DNA of 63,895 nucleotides, filler included, from Intoshia linei (GCA_001642005.1; 7 parts of 7 records of this genome joined end to end with filler, not necessarily neighbours in it), one strand, 5' to 3'; positions 9,912-22,894 are shown, counted from the whole stretch's first letter. The notes: generated by a model not told the origin, from the letters alone. Numbers and translations are program-made.

Positions 9912-12900
9912 TTAAAATGATGTGTCTTCTTCTATTGCAATAGCTTGTTTGTAAATGCGGAGTTCTCTGGTGGTTTTTAAGCGTACGTAACTTGAGACTA
10001 GAATTGTTATGTAAATTACCTACATTAATTATTAGATTTATTTTAATGTACGTTTACATTTTTTTAAAACGTGTGGGTCATTTTAATACTTCATTTTAAC
10101 ACTGCCCTAAGTAACAAATTTTGAACCCATTTATTAAGATTTTTTTAAAGAAAAATAATGTATAAATTGACACAAAAAAACAACATTTCAAATTTGATTA
10201 AATTTAAATTATCATAAACCCTAAAGATCACGTAAAAGAAAAAAAAAGTGAATATAGATTTAAGATAAATCATTTACATAATCAACAAAATGATGTCATT
10301 TAAATTTCGAATATTTTATAAAAATTTGTAGACAAAAAATTTTTATGTCTGTTTTAATTACGTGAGTCAGACACTTTAAATTGTCAGATGATGATAATTA
10401 TTGATTAAGTTATTTATCAAATATATTGAATTAATCTCGTAAAAATTTGTCATGTTTGTCATGTCATTTGTGTTATAATTTGTAATTTATAATTTATAAA
10501 ATTAGCAATATCAAAGTATCCTTGATCTTTTACTTATATAAAAATGGATGTCTGTAACCATTTATTGAAAAAATTGACAGTCGTAGGATTTAAAAAACCC
10601 AATTTCTAATACAGTTATTCTTAGAGTGTGTTTTTATCTATTTTTCAGTTTCAGAATTTGAGTCCTTTATGGTAAAAAACCCAATTTACCATTTTGTTTA
10701 AAAAAATCAACTCAAAAATGTAATCAAACATACATTCTGGGATTCTGGATAAATAATAATTATTTATTAGTTTATATTTATTATTAATTAGTTTTAAAAA
10801 CATTAACATTTCTTTAATCTCAGCCTCAGAAACGCATACCTTCATGGTTAAAACCACAATCTACCCTTTGTTTTAAAAATGAAACATGTCCTAAATTTTT
10901 TTAAATATAAATTCTAGGATAGTTTTTGAAATTATTAACATTATCATAAATGGAAACCTCAAAAAAGATTATTTTCACGATCAAAACAACAGATTACCAT
11001 TTTTTTTAAATAAAAAAACAGAATTTTAAAAAAAAATTAAGGATGGTTCAGTTGTATCCTGTTAACACACAAAAAAGTTCAACCTGAATAAGTGACGCCT
11101 TCACGGTCAAAAAAACACTTTAGTATTCATTTTTTTTTATTTCGAGACTATTTTATTAACAACATGTAAAACTTACTTATGGAAAGCAGATACTGATTAT
11201 AAAAGTTTATTTACAATTTTATTTTTTCTGGAATTTTAGCTATTTATGACAATTTTTAGGATTTACTGTTTTGACTTTATTTTTAAGATTATACTCTCAA
11301 TCTCTAATAAATTAAATAAATAGATCACAAAATTGTTTTTAAAATTCTTTACACAAATGCTAACCAAATAAAATGAAATGGAAATAATTCATTTTATATT
11401 AGAAGGTAATGGGAAATTCAAGTTTAGGAACCACTCCTTTAAAGGATTGATAGTAGTGAGTGTATTATTTTATTATTGAATTTTTAAAAAAGTTTACCCT
11501 AGGCCAGTTTTTCAAAGTGGTCTACATGAACCATTGGTGGTCCACATGAAAAATTTGAAATATTATGAAGATAATAAAAAAGACTTTTTTTCAACTATAA
11601 TATTAAATTAGAATATTATTGAGTATCGATAATTTATTATTAATGAACGTTTATTTATTTAATTAAATTGAAGTGAAAATTTACTGAATAACTTGAATAA
11701 TTTTCATGTGCGTTAAATTTAATCTATGTAATGATTTAACTTAGTGCGATTGTAGTTCCCGGAACCGAACCTAGCAAGCTCGTCGCCCCTCCAAAAATGA
11801 AAAATGGGCCCTTAAAAAATTTTGTAAACGAATTATAATGTCATATAACCCTATCCACCTTTCTAAAACTAAATCTAAAACTTAAGTTGACATTTTAAAT
11901 TTAACACTCAAATAATTCAAGAATTTTTGTAATGCTCAATTTAGTAAATTAAAGCCTCCATTTTAGAAAAAATTTCGTCGAGATCCCTCGGTGGAAGGAT
12001 CTCGCATACGGTAGATTCGACACTGATAGTTCGCCATAAGTATGTTTGAAATTAATAATTTTTTTAATTACTCTATTGAAACTACCATGTCAAAATGAAT
12101 GTAAAATTTTCGATTTAAGGAGGAATGTATAACAAAAAAATAAAAATATTACCTTAGTAACGTTCAGTATTAAGGGGATTTTTATAAAAAATTATGTGGT
12201 CCATGGTGGAAAAAGTTTGGGAACCACTGCCCTAGGCAGAGCTAGGATGCTGTTTGTACGAGGTACATAACAGTGAATTTTTTCAGTGAGCTAGTTGTAT
12301 ATATTACCGTTGAAATAATGACAATAATACATGCGCACAAAGCAAAAATCAATAAGAGACCACTGTCGTTATTCTAAATTAGACAGTTGTTAATTAAAAG
12401 TTAAATTATTACATTTTGACACAATTCATGCAACTGCCAATCATCGCAAATTTGAGTCATATAATTTGAACTGTTTTTATATACACCTATTATAAAAAGT
12501 AAAATGGGTTTTTATAAAGTACCAAATCGATCCAAACTAAAACAATATTGCTCGATATGCCATGTTGGACGATGTTCAATTTCGTGAAGGCAAATTACTC
12601 GCACCATGTAATAAATAAATAAGAATATTGAAACCCCAATGGCTATAAATATCCATAATATGTTGAGAAATACTTCGATGCATAGTAACTAAAATTGGAC
12701 ATTAGTTTGTTCAACAAAAATCAATTAAAAAATCTTAAAACAGTCGAACCTACCAAGCTCGAGGCCACCAGAAAATAAAAAATAAGCCAATAAGAAAAAA
12801 TTTAGCATATAATGTGTAGTGTCATAACTAGTGATGCTAACATTCCTAAATTTTCAACAATACCGATTCGAATCTTAAAAAAAACGATTCCGATGTGATT

Positions 12901-13762
12901 CCAAATACTTTTAAATCATATATGAATTGGGAGAACAGATAGAACCTCTAACCCTGAAAATTATTAAATTTTCAATTGAAAAAGGAGGTGAAAATAAATA
13001 TTGTTTTAGAAATAAACCAATATTGGGAAAATTTAATTTTTATTATTATGTATTAATGTGATAATCCGTATGCCCATTAATTTTTGATGGGCCTGAGACG
13101 CGGTCCACACGAGAAAACGGAGACGAGAAAAGTTTTTTTTGTTAATAAATTTACTTTTACAAACCTGATATGAATAATTTACTTTTATAGTCTTATTTTA
13201 TCTTTGAAAATTTTACAAAAACTCTTAGCGTTTGATCAAATCTGATACAATTAGATACATGTTATATATCTCAATTCTTTTAAAATATGCGGCTATCTTG
13301 CGACTCGCAGCCATTCTGAGAATACTGCTTTATAATTTTTACAAAAATAAAATTACCAAAATTGCTAATACACGCCCTAGTTTAACAAAAGCCTTTCTTT
13401 TAAATACATTATCACGACTTGCGCCCGTACAGAAACAACCGAATAAGAGATTTATAATGGATAACACCAAAGAAAGTGATCCTAGTGAAATGACTGTAAC
13501 TCGAAGATATTCAGACCTAAAATGCGATTTATTTTTTAAAAAAATAAATAAATGGTAAAAATTAAACCAGTTGATATTAATTTCAAAAAGTTCGATAAAT
13601 ATATTGTACACTATAATTTGAAAAGATTTATAAAATGTTATAGAAAAAATGATGACGCCAGCAATAGATAAAATGGTTGCTGCCAATGAGCCAAATGGTA
13701 TTCTACCTAAGCAATCTAAAAAAATGAGAATTTAAAAGTTTAAAATATCATAAACCTTTCAT
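9912..13762 (-). CDS. M6/PLP/DM20 proteolipid family tetraspan membrane protein; exons 13762-13756, 13715-13568, 13516-13357, 12688-12523, 12486-12413, 12373-12308, 10019-9912
   Basis: MKDCLGRIPFGSLAATILSIAGVIIF matches the PLP/M6 TM1 pattern (CL...PFASL.AT.L...GV..F). Also GCFCTGASR, four TM segments, and an EC2 with four Cys (C...YCFSLDRFG...ICDD....LC). Confidence 0.9.
11505..12229. mobile_element. hAT (Charlie-type) MITE
   Basis: Ends CAGTTTTTCAAAGTGG and TTTGGGAACCACTG. Perfect 8-bp TSD CCCTAGGC at 11497-11504 and 12230-12237. Confidence 0.9.
11760..12025. mobile_element. Second hAT-like MITE nested in the Charlie MITE; related pieces near 6475, 12742, 25590 and 32497
   Basis: Imperfect TIRs CGGAACCGAACCTAGC and GGTAGATTCGACACTG. 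Degenerate 8-bp TSD GTAGTTCC/ATAGTTCG. Confidence 0.65.
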
Positions 13763-14583
13763 AAAATTAATGTAAACAAATGGTAAATGATGGCTGTCAA
13801 TTTACATTAATTTTAAAAACCAAATTAATAGTTTTTGTCATTACTAGGATGCTGAGAAAATTTTGAATCCAAGTGTTTTGTCTTATGTTTGCCGATGTGG
13901 ATTAAATTAATAGGAATGACATTAATCAATATATTGATTGAAATTGTATATCAAATTTCGGTGATACGAGTCGGAACGTAGACAAGATAATGTTTGTGTT
14001 TACTGTTGACTCACAATACAATTTTCTAGTACAGTATAGTTTCATATCTTTACAGTTATGGATTGTTTAGTATTAATTACGTTGGTGTTATGTCTCATAG
14101 ATTTATATTGTAGTTAAACTAGGTCAATCACTCGAGCAGTGCATTGGCGTGAAGTGGATTATATATGAAATTAAAATTTCCAGAATAAATTTTGCAATAC
14201 AATTTTATATATTTACATTATGTTAAGAAAGTAAAGTTTAAAAAAATTGTCGGAATTTTATCTAAATTGTATGTAGGTTAGGTACATTTTATAATGTGAT
14301 GTTATATTTTAATTGGATTAATTTTAATATATTGATTGTTAGTGACATTAATATACATTTAAATAATATTAATACTTATTAATGTTACGTTTGAAATGTG
14401 ATTTTTGCATTTATAAAAATTTAACATACTTTCATCTCAATGACTTTGTCAATCAATAAAATAGTTAATACTTAAATGGGGATTCTGTGATATTGGTAGT
14501 GAGAGATGTAAAGCGGCTGCGGTGATTGACGGATCATAAAACAGTCTAAAAAATATAATGATACAGTATTATTATAATAATAA

Positions 14584-14929
14584 CTAGGTTGACTGTTATT
14601 TATTACGTACAAACATCACCTAGCTCTGCCGAGGGAACATTTTTAGTATACCAAAAAAATAAATTAATGTTGAAAATCTAACTTAAAAATCCTATTATTC
14701 ACTATTATCAATTCTATAAAGGAGTAGTTCCCAAAATTGTTTCAGGTGGAACCATCATATCACATTACTTTTTACTTTAAACTGAATTATTTCATCTTAA
14801 TTTTTTGCTTGTTAACATTTAATTAAAGAATTTTAAAAACTATTCGTAAATTTATTTTTTTGGTATAATAAAAATGTGCTCTCAGCAGAGCTAAATGCTG
14901 TTTTTACGTAGTACATAACAGTCAACTTA
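14584..14929. mobile_element. Two Helitron 3' ends joined tail-outward (~80-bp imperfect inverted repeat)
   Basis: CTAGGTTGACTGTTAT...CTCTGCCGAGGG on the left is the imperfect reverse complement of CTCAGCAGAGCT...ACATAACAGTCAACTTAG on the right. Confidence 0.75.
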
Positions 14930-15117
14930 GTCATATATAATTATTATTTCAAAAATGGACGAGTCAAAAGTATGAAGATTATGATTTTAACAAAATTTAT
15001 TTATTTCAGGTGTACTACATGTAAAAGTTAAAAAATATTTTTTATTTTTTTTGAAACGGATAAAAATGTTTCATTCAATGTATTGAAAATTTAAACTTGC
15101 AAAAAAACAAAAATCTA

Positions 15118-15236
15118 TGTTACTCAGATCAGAATATTCATAATTTATCGAAATCCATGTTACTCAGATTAGAATATTCATAATTTATCGAAATCCGTGT
15201 TACTCAGATCTGAGTACTCTGGTGTCTAAGGGTTAA
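15118..15236. repeat. ~40-bp tandem repeat (2.5 copies) ending in a piggyBac-like terminus
   Basis: TGTTACTCAGAT(C/T)AGAATATTCATAATTTATCGAAATCC twice plus a partial copy, then ...AGGG|TTAA. Confidence 0.6.
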
Positions 15237-15251
15237 CAGTACATTCACGAT

Positions 15252-15351
15252 NNNNNNNNNNNNNNNNNNNNNNNNNNNNNNNNNNNNNNNNNNNNTTAAT
15301 TAATTAANNNNNNNNNNNNNNNNNNNNNNNNNNNNNNNNNNNNNNNNNNNN
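15252..15351. other. Artificial contig spacer N44-TTAATTAATTAA-N44 (also 41887-41986, 56496-56595, 57796-57895, 59241-59340, 60736-60835)
   Basis: The identical 100-bp construct occurs six times, and the 12-mer has stop codons in all six frames. Confidence 0.97.
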
Positions 15352-15647
15352 AACCGTTTTTAGAAAATATTGTGACTGGTGATGAAAAATGGATACATTG
15401 TGATAGTACTAAATTGAAAAAACAATAGCTATTTTCCCAGGAATCACCGATATTGACTCCAAAATTAGAACTCTATGGTAAAAAGGTAATGATGAGTATT
15501 ACGTTGGATATGAAAGGCATAGTTTATTATGAATATCTATATATGAATACCATGGAAAAAAATATGATTCAATTGAGCATTTAAAATCTGACATTGATAC
15601 CTTTTTGACAAATAAAAGCCAGAGTTTTTCTCAAAATGGAATTAAGC
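15352..15647 (+). mobile_element. mariner transposase relic, internally deleted
   Basis: PFLENIVTGDEKWIH...KKVMMSITLDMKGIVYYEYL, then the C-terminal GKKYDSIEHLKSDIDTFLTNKSQSF...GI. One internal stop. Confidence 0.9.
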
Positions 15648-15649
15648 AC

Positions 15650-17270
15650 AGTCAGTATCAGAATCAGAATCAATAGTTATACAAATTATCTTAACTGGCT
15701 AATATTAAAGTCTTTAGACAAACAAAGATATCTACTCGACTAGACTCGCTGTACTGTAGTGTTTATAAGTTTAATGACAAGTTTAAAATAATCTTGAGTG
15801 TATGTTCTAGTGCGATAACGATAATAGAGTATTAAATAAAAATATGTTGTTATTGCACTACACCTCCCCATTTAAGTCGACGATGTAGTCTTGAAATTTT
15901 GAAGGTAATTTTGAGACTCGAGATTTGTATCTAGGTTGTTCTTTAGAAATTTTTGGTTTATTAGATATAAAATTTTTAGCATGGTAGGATACTGATTTTT
16001 AAACTTTTTTATCGTAATTGTTTTTCATTATCAATAAATAATTGTTTCTATACGCCAGAGTGTCTTTCCAAAAACTTTTCGAACAGTAATTTGGAATATA
16101 TGAGCTTCTTTGTGACCCGAATAAAACCTCTAATGGCGAGATTCTCCATTTTTCGTGAGGTAATAGACGAACGGATAACAATATATCATTTAAATATTCG
16201 TCCCAATTTGACCAATTATTCTTGCATCATATGTTCCACTTCTCTAGAAAATATCAATTAAATCGTTCTACCGCCCCATTTTGTTGATGTCGGTATGGTT
16301 CTGAAGTAGATTGTTTTATTTCAAATCGCTTACATAATTCTTTAAATAAATTAGATTCGAATTGTTTACCAAGATCCGTATGAATTTCTAACGGAGGTCC
16401 GTATCTAGTTATAATGTGTGAATATACAACATCAACTATAATATCTGCAGAAATATTAAAAACAAGACAACTTTCAACCAATCCACTGTAATAATCCACC
16501 ATATTTACACATTATTACACATTCCTATATTAGAACGTAACCGTTTAAGAGTGGTAGGTGCTGCTACATTTCCTATAGCTTTTACTTTATTTGGGTCAAT
16601 GTTAATTCCGTCTTTATCAACAACGTGGCCCAATATATACATTTTTTCCTGACCAACAAATGTTTTAATGGGCTTTAATGTGATGTTATATTTATGTATT
16701 CGCATAAACACTTCTTGTAAATCTTTTTTATGCTAATCTTTATCATTAGATACTACTAATATATCATCCATATAACATATAACACAATCCAAGTCATTTA
16801 AAATAAAGTCCATCATACGTTGACAAGTAGATGGACCATTCACGAGACCATAAAGCATACGTTTAAATTGATACATACATTTTCCATAACCAGTGTAGAA
16901 CGCAGTTTTATATATATCACCGGAATAAACTTCAAATTTCCAAAAACCTGATAATAAATCAAATGTTAAAAATATCTTTTTGTTCTCTAGTTTATCAAGA
17001 CATACTTTTATATTGGTGCAGGATAAGTGTATATTTTTTTACATTTATTTAATTTTCTATAATCAACGACAAAACGATGAGATCCATCTTTTTTTAACAC
17101 AGAAATAAGGAGATCGCCACGTAGATTTAGATGGATTAGAAGATACCGGTTTGATTATATCGTTTTTTATCATGGATTGTATGTGAGATTGTTCTACTTC
17201 CCTAAAATAAATAGGAGTTGGATAAATGAATCCTTAAATTCAAGAATAAATAAAATTGTGAATTAATTTG
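15650..17270 (-). mobile_element. Ty3/Gypsy LTR retrotransposon relic: RT, integrase, PPT and 3' LTR; RNase H deleted
   Basis: RT motifs KKDGSHRFVVDYRKLN, DLLSGFW, YQFKRMLYGL and CYMDDIL. Integrase VDYYS...HTDLGKQF...QNGAVERFN. PPT AAATGGGGAGG is followed by the LTR start TGTAGT at 15862. Confidence 0.93.
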
Positions 17271-17977
17271 TATAGCAGTGGTTCTTAACCTTTTTTTGAC
17301 CTATGCAATCCCAAATATTGATTAATAATGAATGATAATGATAATTGAATAAATGATATTGACAATATTAATTATAAATGAAGAGTTAACTAGTTACTTA
17401 AATTAAACGGATAAAATTTAAGAATTAAAGCAGATTTGGTCATAATAATAATCGTGGAGAGTCAGCATTAGGCCCGAGCGCGATGGAAAGTATAGGTCCC
17501 TTTAAAAAAATTTTTAAAAATGAACCTCTATACATTAATTAATCGCACATTCATTATATAAAAATTAAAAATAACCATTGGAAATCGCATTGATTATCGA
17601 AATTATAATATACTTAAAAAATTTTTTATCAATACCTATTAATAAATTAAAAAAGTAAGCTCTCATAATTGTAAACACGGGACATATGATTCTGTCTGTA
17701 CTTACTTCAAATCTTTATAAATATGAAAACGTGTCAACTTTTATATCCACTAAAAGCTTTATAAGTACTACTGCAATATCCAGTAGATATACTATCTATT
17801 TTTCATTGAAAAATATCGGCAAATGTAGTAGCCCTGGTCATACCACCAAATTCATTAATCAAAAATAAACTATTCAAATATAATGTTAAACACTCAGAAA
17901 ATAGACGAATTAGATAGTATCGGAAAAATTTTGCATAACAATTGAACAAATTTATTTAGATAAATTTGCATTTATCG

Positions 17978-18656
17978 CGTCAGTATTTTTCTTATTGATT
18001 TGTCAGTAGCAACATTGATTTTTTAGTATTGTAGATGGTTTGTCAGTATTTTAGGTGCCAATTGACAAAGTGTCAGTATAAATAATTGATTGTCAGTATT
18101 TAAATTGGAAGGGCAGTAAAAAAAATTACTTTGTCAGTACTTTACATATACTGTCAGTATTTAAATTGAATGTTCTATATAAAATGAAACTAAAAAAAAA
18201 TTTTATTTTATAAAAAAATATTCTCTGGTGTGAACACCATAGAATATTTCTAATTTTTTTGTAATTTGGTATCTTAGTTTTTTAGTTTTAACTTGGGTCT
18301 GTGGTGGATGATATATTATTTCAAAAACTAGATTTTTAATTTTTATACTGACACTCCAAAATTATCAAACTTACAATTGAATTTTTTTATTGACAAAATA
18401 TTATTTTATAAAATATATTTATTTCTATATACTTTTTTGTTGAGTTACTTACAATTCAATACTGATCTAGTTAATATATTTACTGACAGAAATGCAATTA
18501 TGTACTGACAAAAAAGCAATTAAAAACTGACAAATATGTAATTGAATACTGACAAAATACTTTTTATTACTGATATTTTAATGTGTATACTGACGATTTT
18601 ATGTTGAAAATACATTTTAATATATAAATAAAAGTATTTTAATTAAATATTGACAA
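17978..18656. repeat. Inverted arrays of ~20-22-bp-phased TGTCAGTA / TACTGACA motifs around a central palindrome (18216-18249)
   Basis: TGTCAGTA at 18001, 18041, 18071, 18091, 18132 and 18152. TACTGAC(A) at 18346, 18481, 18503, 18547 and 18588. Confidence 0.85.
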
Positions 18657-20332
18657 ATTAATTACTCCCCAATTTTAATGGAATTGTTATTGTTGCTTTG
18701 AAATGAGAAGTAAGCTAAATCTTTCCATTGTTTTTGATAGGCTCACGCGCATACCGGCACGGACATCTAATTTATTCCTTTTTTTTTTTTTAATTTGTTA
18801 GAATAGAAAATGCAGCCTCACAAAACTATATGTATGTCATATACTACTGTATTTTGTAATAAAATTAATAATTACTTCAAGGGCAATTTCAGTCACAAAT
18901 GGATAGACATTAAGCATACTACACCAAAAACTACCAAATATGACATTTAAATCTATCATAGTCATATATAATATATTTCCCAAAGGGCCACTAGAAAAAT
19001 CACGGGACTATGTAAAAAATTTTCTATTTGGAGGCCAAAGTAAATTATAGGGCCCTTAAAAAATTTTATATATTTAATATATAATTTATTTCGAATACAT
19101 TAATTCTCTTGTAGTTTTGTAGTTGTAATCTTGTAGTTTCACAAAACAGATATTCCTCCTTAATTTTATTATTCACAAATTATCTTGCAAACACATCAGT
19201 AGATTCATTCAATTGTAAACTAATTTTACTAGGCTTTTTCGAAGTTCATCCATAACTTGAAGTTCGATAACTTCTGCTAAATTTTTAATCCTTTTACAAA
19301 CGAATTGATTTAAGTGCCCCTTTTTGTTTTTCGACTAGTAGAAGTTCTGCAATGTTAAGAGTACAGGGTTTGATTAACGTTTTCTGATGGTATGATGCTT
19401 TTTTGTTTAAAAAACGTGTAAGCAACATGATATTATGCTTTTACAGTTTTGTTACATTGAGAAGAAATGATAAATTGTCAACTGTTCCACCTATATCGAA
19501 ACGTCTTCTGTTTCGAGTGATAACTTTCACACTATCAGTGAGGTTTGAGTGTTTTATATTCTTATGATTACGTAGGAGGTTTAACTTTTGCTATTATTGC
19601 ATAAAACGTGAAAAGTAAATGCACTGAGGTTTTTTGGTTTCATCTGCATCATTACGACAGGTAAAACCAAATTCTAAGTAATTAATTGTTATTTCATTGT
19701 CTTCTTTTAGACATCCTTAGAAACGGTTAAAAACTCTATGATAATTTATATATTAAAATACATCATTTGTATACCTTAAAAAGTTGAAAAAACAAAATTA
19801 ATTTGATTATTAAATGATTGTGAATAAANNNNNNNNNNNNNNNNNNNNNTATTATTGCATAAAACGTGAAAAGTAAATGCACTGAGGTTTTTCGGTTTCA
19901 TCTGCATCATTACGACAAATAAAACCAAATTCTAAGTAATTGTTATTTCATTGTCTTCTTTTAGATATCCTTAGAAAAGGTTAAAAACTATGATAATTTA
20001 TATATTAAAATACATAATTTGTAAATCTTAAAAAGTTGAAAAAACAAAATTAATTTGATTATTAAATGATTGTGAATAAATTCAATGAGCGTTAGTTATT
20101 TAATTAACTTAATAAGTATTAACAAGATGAAATTATGTCTTATATCTAATTTTTTTGTTAATAATAATCATATTAATTATGTAATTTAACTCATTTAGAA
20201 AAAACATTAATTAATTAATTTTTAACTAACTATTATATTAATTAAAATTAAAAATTAATTAAAAAAAACTGAAAATAGCTCTGTGCATCCCAAAAATTGA
20301 TTATGCACCCCCGGTTTACTACCACTGCTTTA

Positions 20333-20609
20333 GGTGCACTATCAAAAGATCGTAAATCAAATGATCGTAAATGGTTTATGGTAATATATCGTAATATGGT
20401 TTGTAGGTATAATATGGTATCTTAATATTTCAGTTTTAACTTGGGTCTGTAGTCTAAATTAAATGAACTAGTTAAGGTAACTATAACTAGTTAATGAATT
20501 ATTTAATTTAAAATTAAACAAAATAAATACGATCTTTTGATTTACCATCATTTGAATTTACAAACTTTTGATTTACGATCATGTGATTTACGATATTGTA
20601 AACGGACAC
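20333..20609. mobile_element. MITE with internally repeated TIRs (AAATCAAAAGATCGT units); related end at ~57226
   Basis: TCAAAAGATCGTAAATCAAATGATCGTAAA on the left; TTTACGATC(A/T)T(G/T)TGA repeats on the right. Confidence 0.6.
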
Positions 20610-21239
20610 GATCTTTTACTTATATAAAAATAAATATCTGTGAGTGTGTTTCTCTGTGTGTTGCCGTTTGTTTAAACAATTGACAGTCGTATAATTCAAA
20701 AAACCTAATTTCTAATATATTTTTTTTTAGTACGTATTTTTATCTATTTTTCAAATTCAGAATTTGTATCCTTCAGGGTGAAACACCCAATTTTCCCTAT
20801 TGTATAAAAAAATTCAGCCCAAAAATTGAATAAAACATATATTCTGGGATGTGTTTTAAAATTCATTAACATTGTTCTAAATCCTCCCCGTCAAAACCTA
20901 CAAATTATCCTTGTATTATAAGGAAATATGTCCTAAAATTTTATAACATATAAATGCTGGGATTGTTTTAAAATCGTAAGAATTATAATAAAAGGCAACG
21001 TCAAAAAAGTGTATTTTTACGATCAAAACCCCAGATTACCTTTTTTGAGAAAATGAAAACTGTCATAGAAAGAAAATAAAGGTGAAATATTCAGCTAAAA
21101 TTGTTGATATAATGGACCCAACAATTTTTTTCCGATCTTTCTGAAATGGTATCGTAATAAAGAATGGTCACCAATCATTTGCTTTGAAATGGAAAATTTA
21201 ATATATTAATTATTGATATTAATATACATTGTATTATTA

Positions 21240-22306
21240 TTTTTACTTATATAATATGCTATGCGATTTTTGTATGTGAGTGTGAGTGTGTGTTCCACTT
21301 TATTTAAATAACTACCCGTCTTAGAATTTTATAAAGTCCACATTTCAATTACAGTTTTTTCCAGGGGTGTTCGCAAAATAAATTTAAACCTCCCAAACTC
21401 ACATCTGACGTATCAAAAACCCCTGTTGTCCCTCTTTTTGAAAATCAAACGAGTTAAAGAATTTAAATAAAATATATACGCTGATGCGAATTTTAAAATC
21501 ATAAACATTATCATAAATTTAAAATGCTGATGCGGATTTTAAAATCATAAACATTATCATAAATTTAAATTTAAAAAAATACACTGATGCGGATTTTAAA
21601 ATCATAAACATTATCATAAATTTAAATTTAAAAAAATTATATTTTCATGGACAAAACCACAAATTCCCTTTCTTTTTTTTTTGAAAACAGCCCTAGAATT
21701 TCAAAAAATTTCAATTTGAATAAGTGACGACTTCACGGTCCAAAAAGCATTTTAGTATACATATATTTTTTTTTCGAAATATTTTATTAAAACGAACAAT
21801 GTGAAATAATTAACGGTCCAAAAATTAAAAAAAAAATTATTCTGATAGAGCTTATTCCAGTTGATATAAATACAAAAGTTTAACCTGAGAAATCTACGCA
21901 TTCCCGATGAAAAATAATTTTTAATATATTATGAACCAATGTTCAACCCGAGAAATCTACGCATTCCCGATGAAAAATAATTCTTAATATATTATCAACC
22001 AATATTTTTCAAATATTTTGATTAAAATAAAAATTGAAAATGGTTATATTGATCCTACAATTTCAAAAAAAATGTGCATTGAACGTGTACACATTTCCAA
22101 TAAAGAAATATGGGTGACAATCTATATAATTCATTCCTTCGCAATTTTTAAATTTTAATTTAAATTATTAATTAAAGGATTGATAATGGTGAATAGTAGT
22201 ATTTTTAAGTTAGATTTGAAACGTGAATGTATTTTTTAAGTATAATAAAAAAATGCCCTCGGCAGAGCTACTTCCAATTGTACGTAGTACATAGCAGTGA
22301 ACCTAG
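21240..22306 (+). mobile_element. Near-complete non-autonomous Helitron (~1.07 kb); another 5' fragment at 20612-21060
   Basis: 5' TTTTACTTATATAA plus a GT-rich microsatellite. Internal tandem duplications at 21481-21640 (x3) and 21881-22005 (x2). 3' GTACGTAGTAC palindrome, then ACCTAG|T. Confidence 0.8.
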
Positions 22307-22894
22307 TATATTATAGAATATATTATAAATGCAAACGTATTAATTTTCTACACGTATAATTTACGTTTACTAATGTAATATTATTATGTATACGTAATTT
22401 TAGATTTTTCAAACGACATCAGTTATATTTAAGTACAACTATTTATAGTTTTGTACGTGCATAGTACATGATCTTGTTACAATACAAATTTAAATAAATC
22501 TAAATTTCAATGTTTATTCAAAATAGTCTTGATATATAAATAATTTGGATAAAACAATATTTTCAAGTCCGAAGTTGTTTCGACGCCATAACTTATTATA
22601 TTTTTTGATACTATTTAGTTTTGTAGTTTCTGTCTTAATTGAATTTGTAAACCAATGATTAGCGAAGCTTAAAATCAAAATTTATTTATTGTGAGTTTTA
22701 ATGTATATTTTTAATTTTAATAAAAACGTTAATTATATTCCTTGGATTAATATTTTACTAATGAAGAAGTTAAATAGATGTTTATAACAAACTTTGTTAT
22801 TTTTATAATAAAGTAAATATTATTATTATCATTTTATTTTACGTTTAATATTATTATTTTATTATTTATTATTTTACGTTTACGTTTCATACAT

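Larger units (their letters stand above)
10526..12294 (+). mobile_element. Non-autonomous Helitron copy with nested hAT MITEs, in an M6 intron
   Basis: 5' end A|TCTTTTACTTATATAA, family core GTGACGCCTTCACGGTCAAAAAA, 3' end GTACGAGGTAC...CTAG|T, no TSD. Confidence 0.75.

Noticed and set aside
10516-10524. GTATCCTT U12-like donor
   Set aside because: On the strand opposite the host gene, with no associated exon.
15296-15307. TTAATTAATTAA palindrome recurring six times
   Set aside because: Always centred in N44/N44 runs: a synthetic six-frame-stop contig linker, not biology.
17690-17860. Minus-strand YDQGYYIC (Ig-like) and LLHLPIFFNEK*IVYLLDIA (retroviral protease-like) strings
   Set aside because: Flanked by stops and too short; at best a decayed Gypsy protease fragment.
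17978-18656. CRISPR-like repeat-spacer reading of the octamer array (also the 6.6-7.3-kb and 29.5-kb repeats)
   Set aside because: Repeats are 8 bp with ~12-bp spacers or plain tandem units, the context is eukaryotic, and there are no cas genes.
19593-20080. ~235-bp direct repeat around an N gap (likewise 55385-55555)
   Set aside because: The copies abut a scaffold gap, typical of unmerged overlapping contig ends or alleles.
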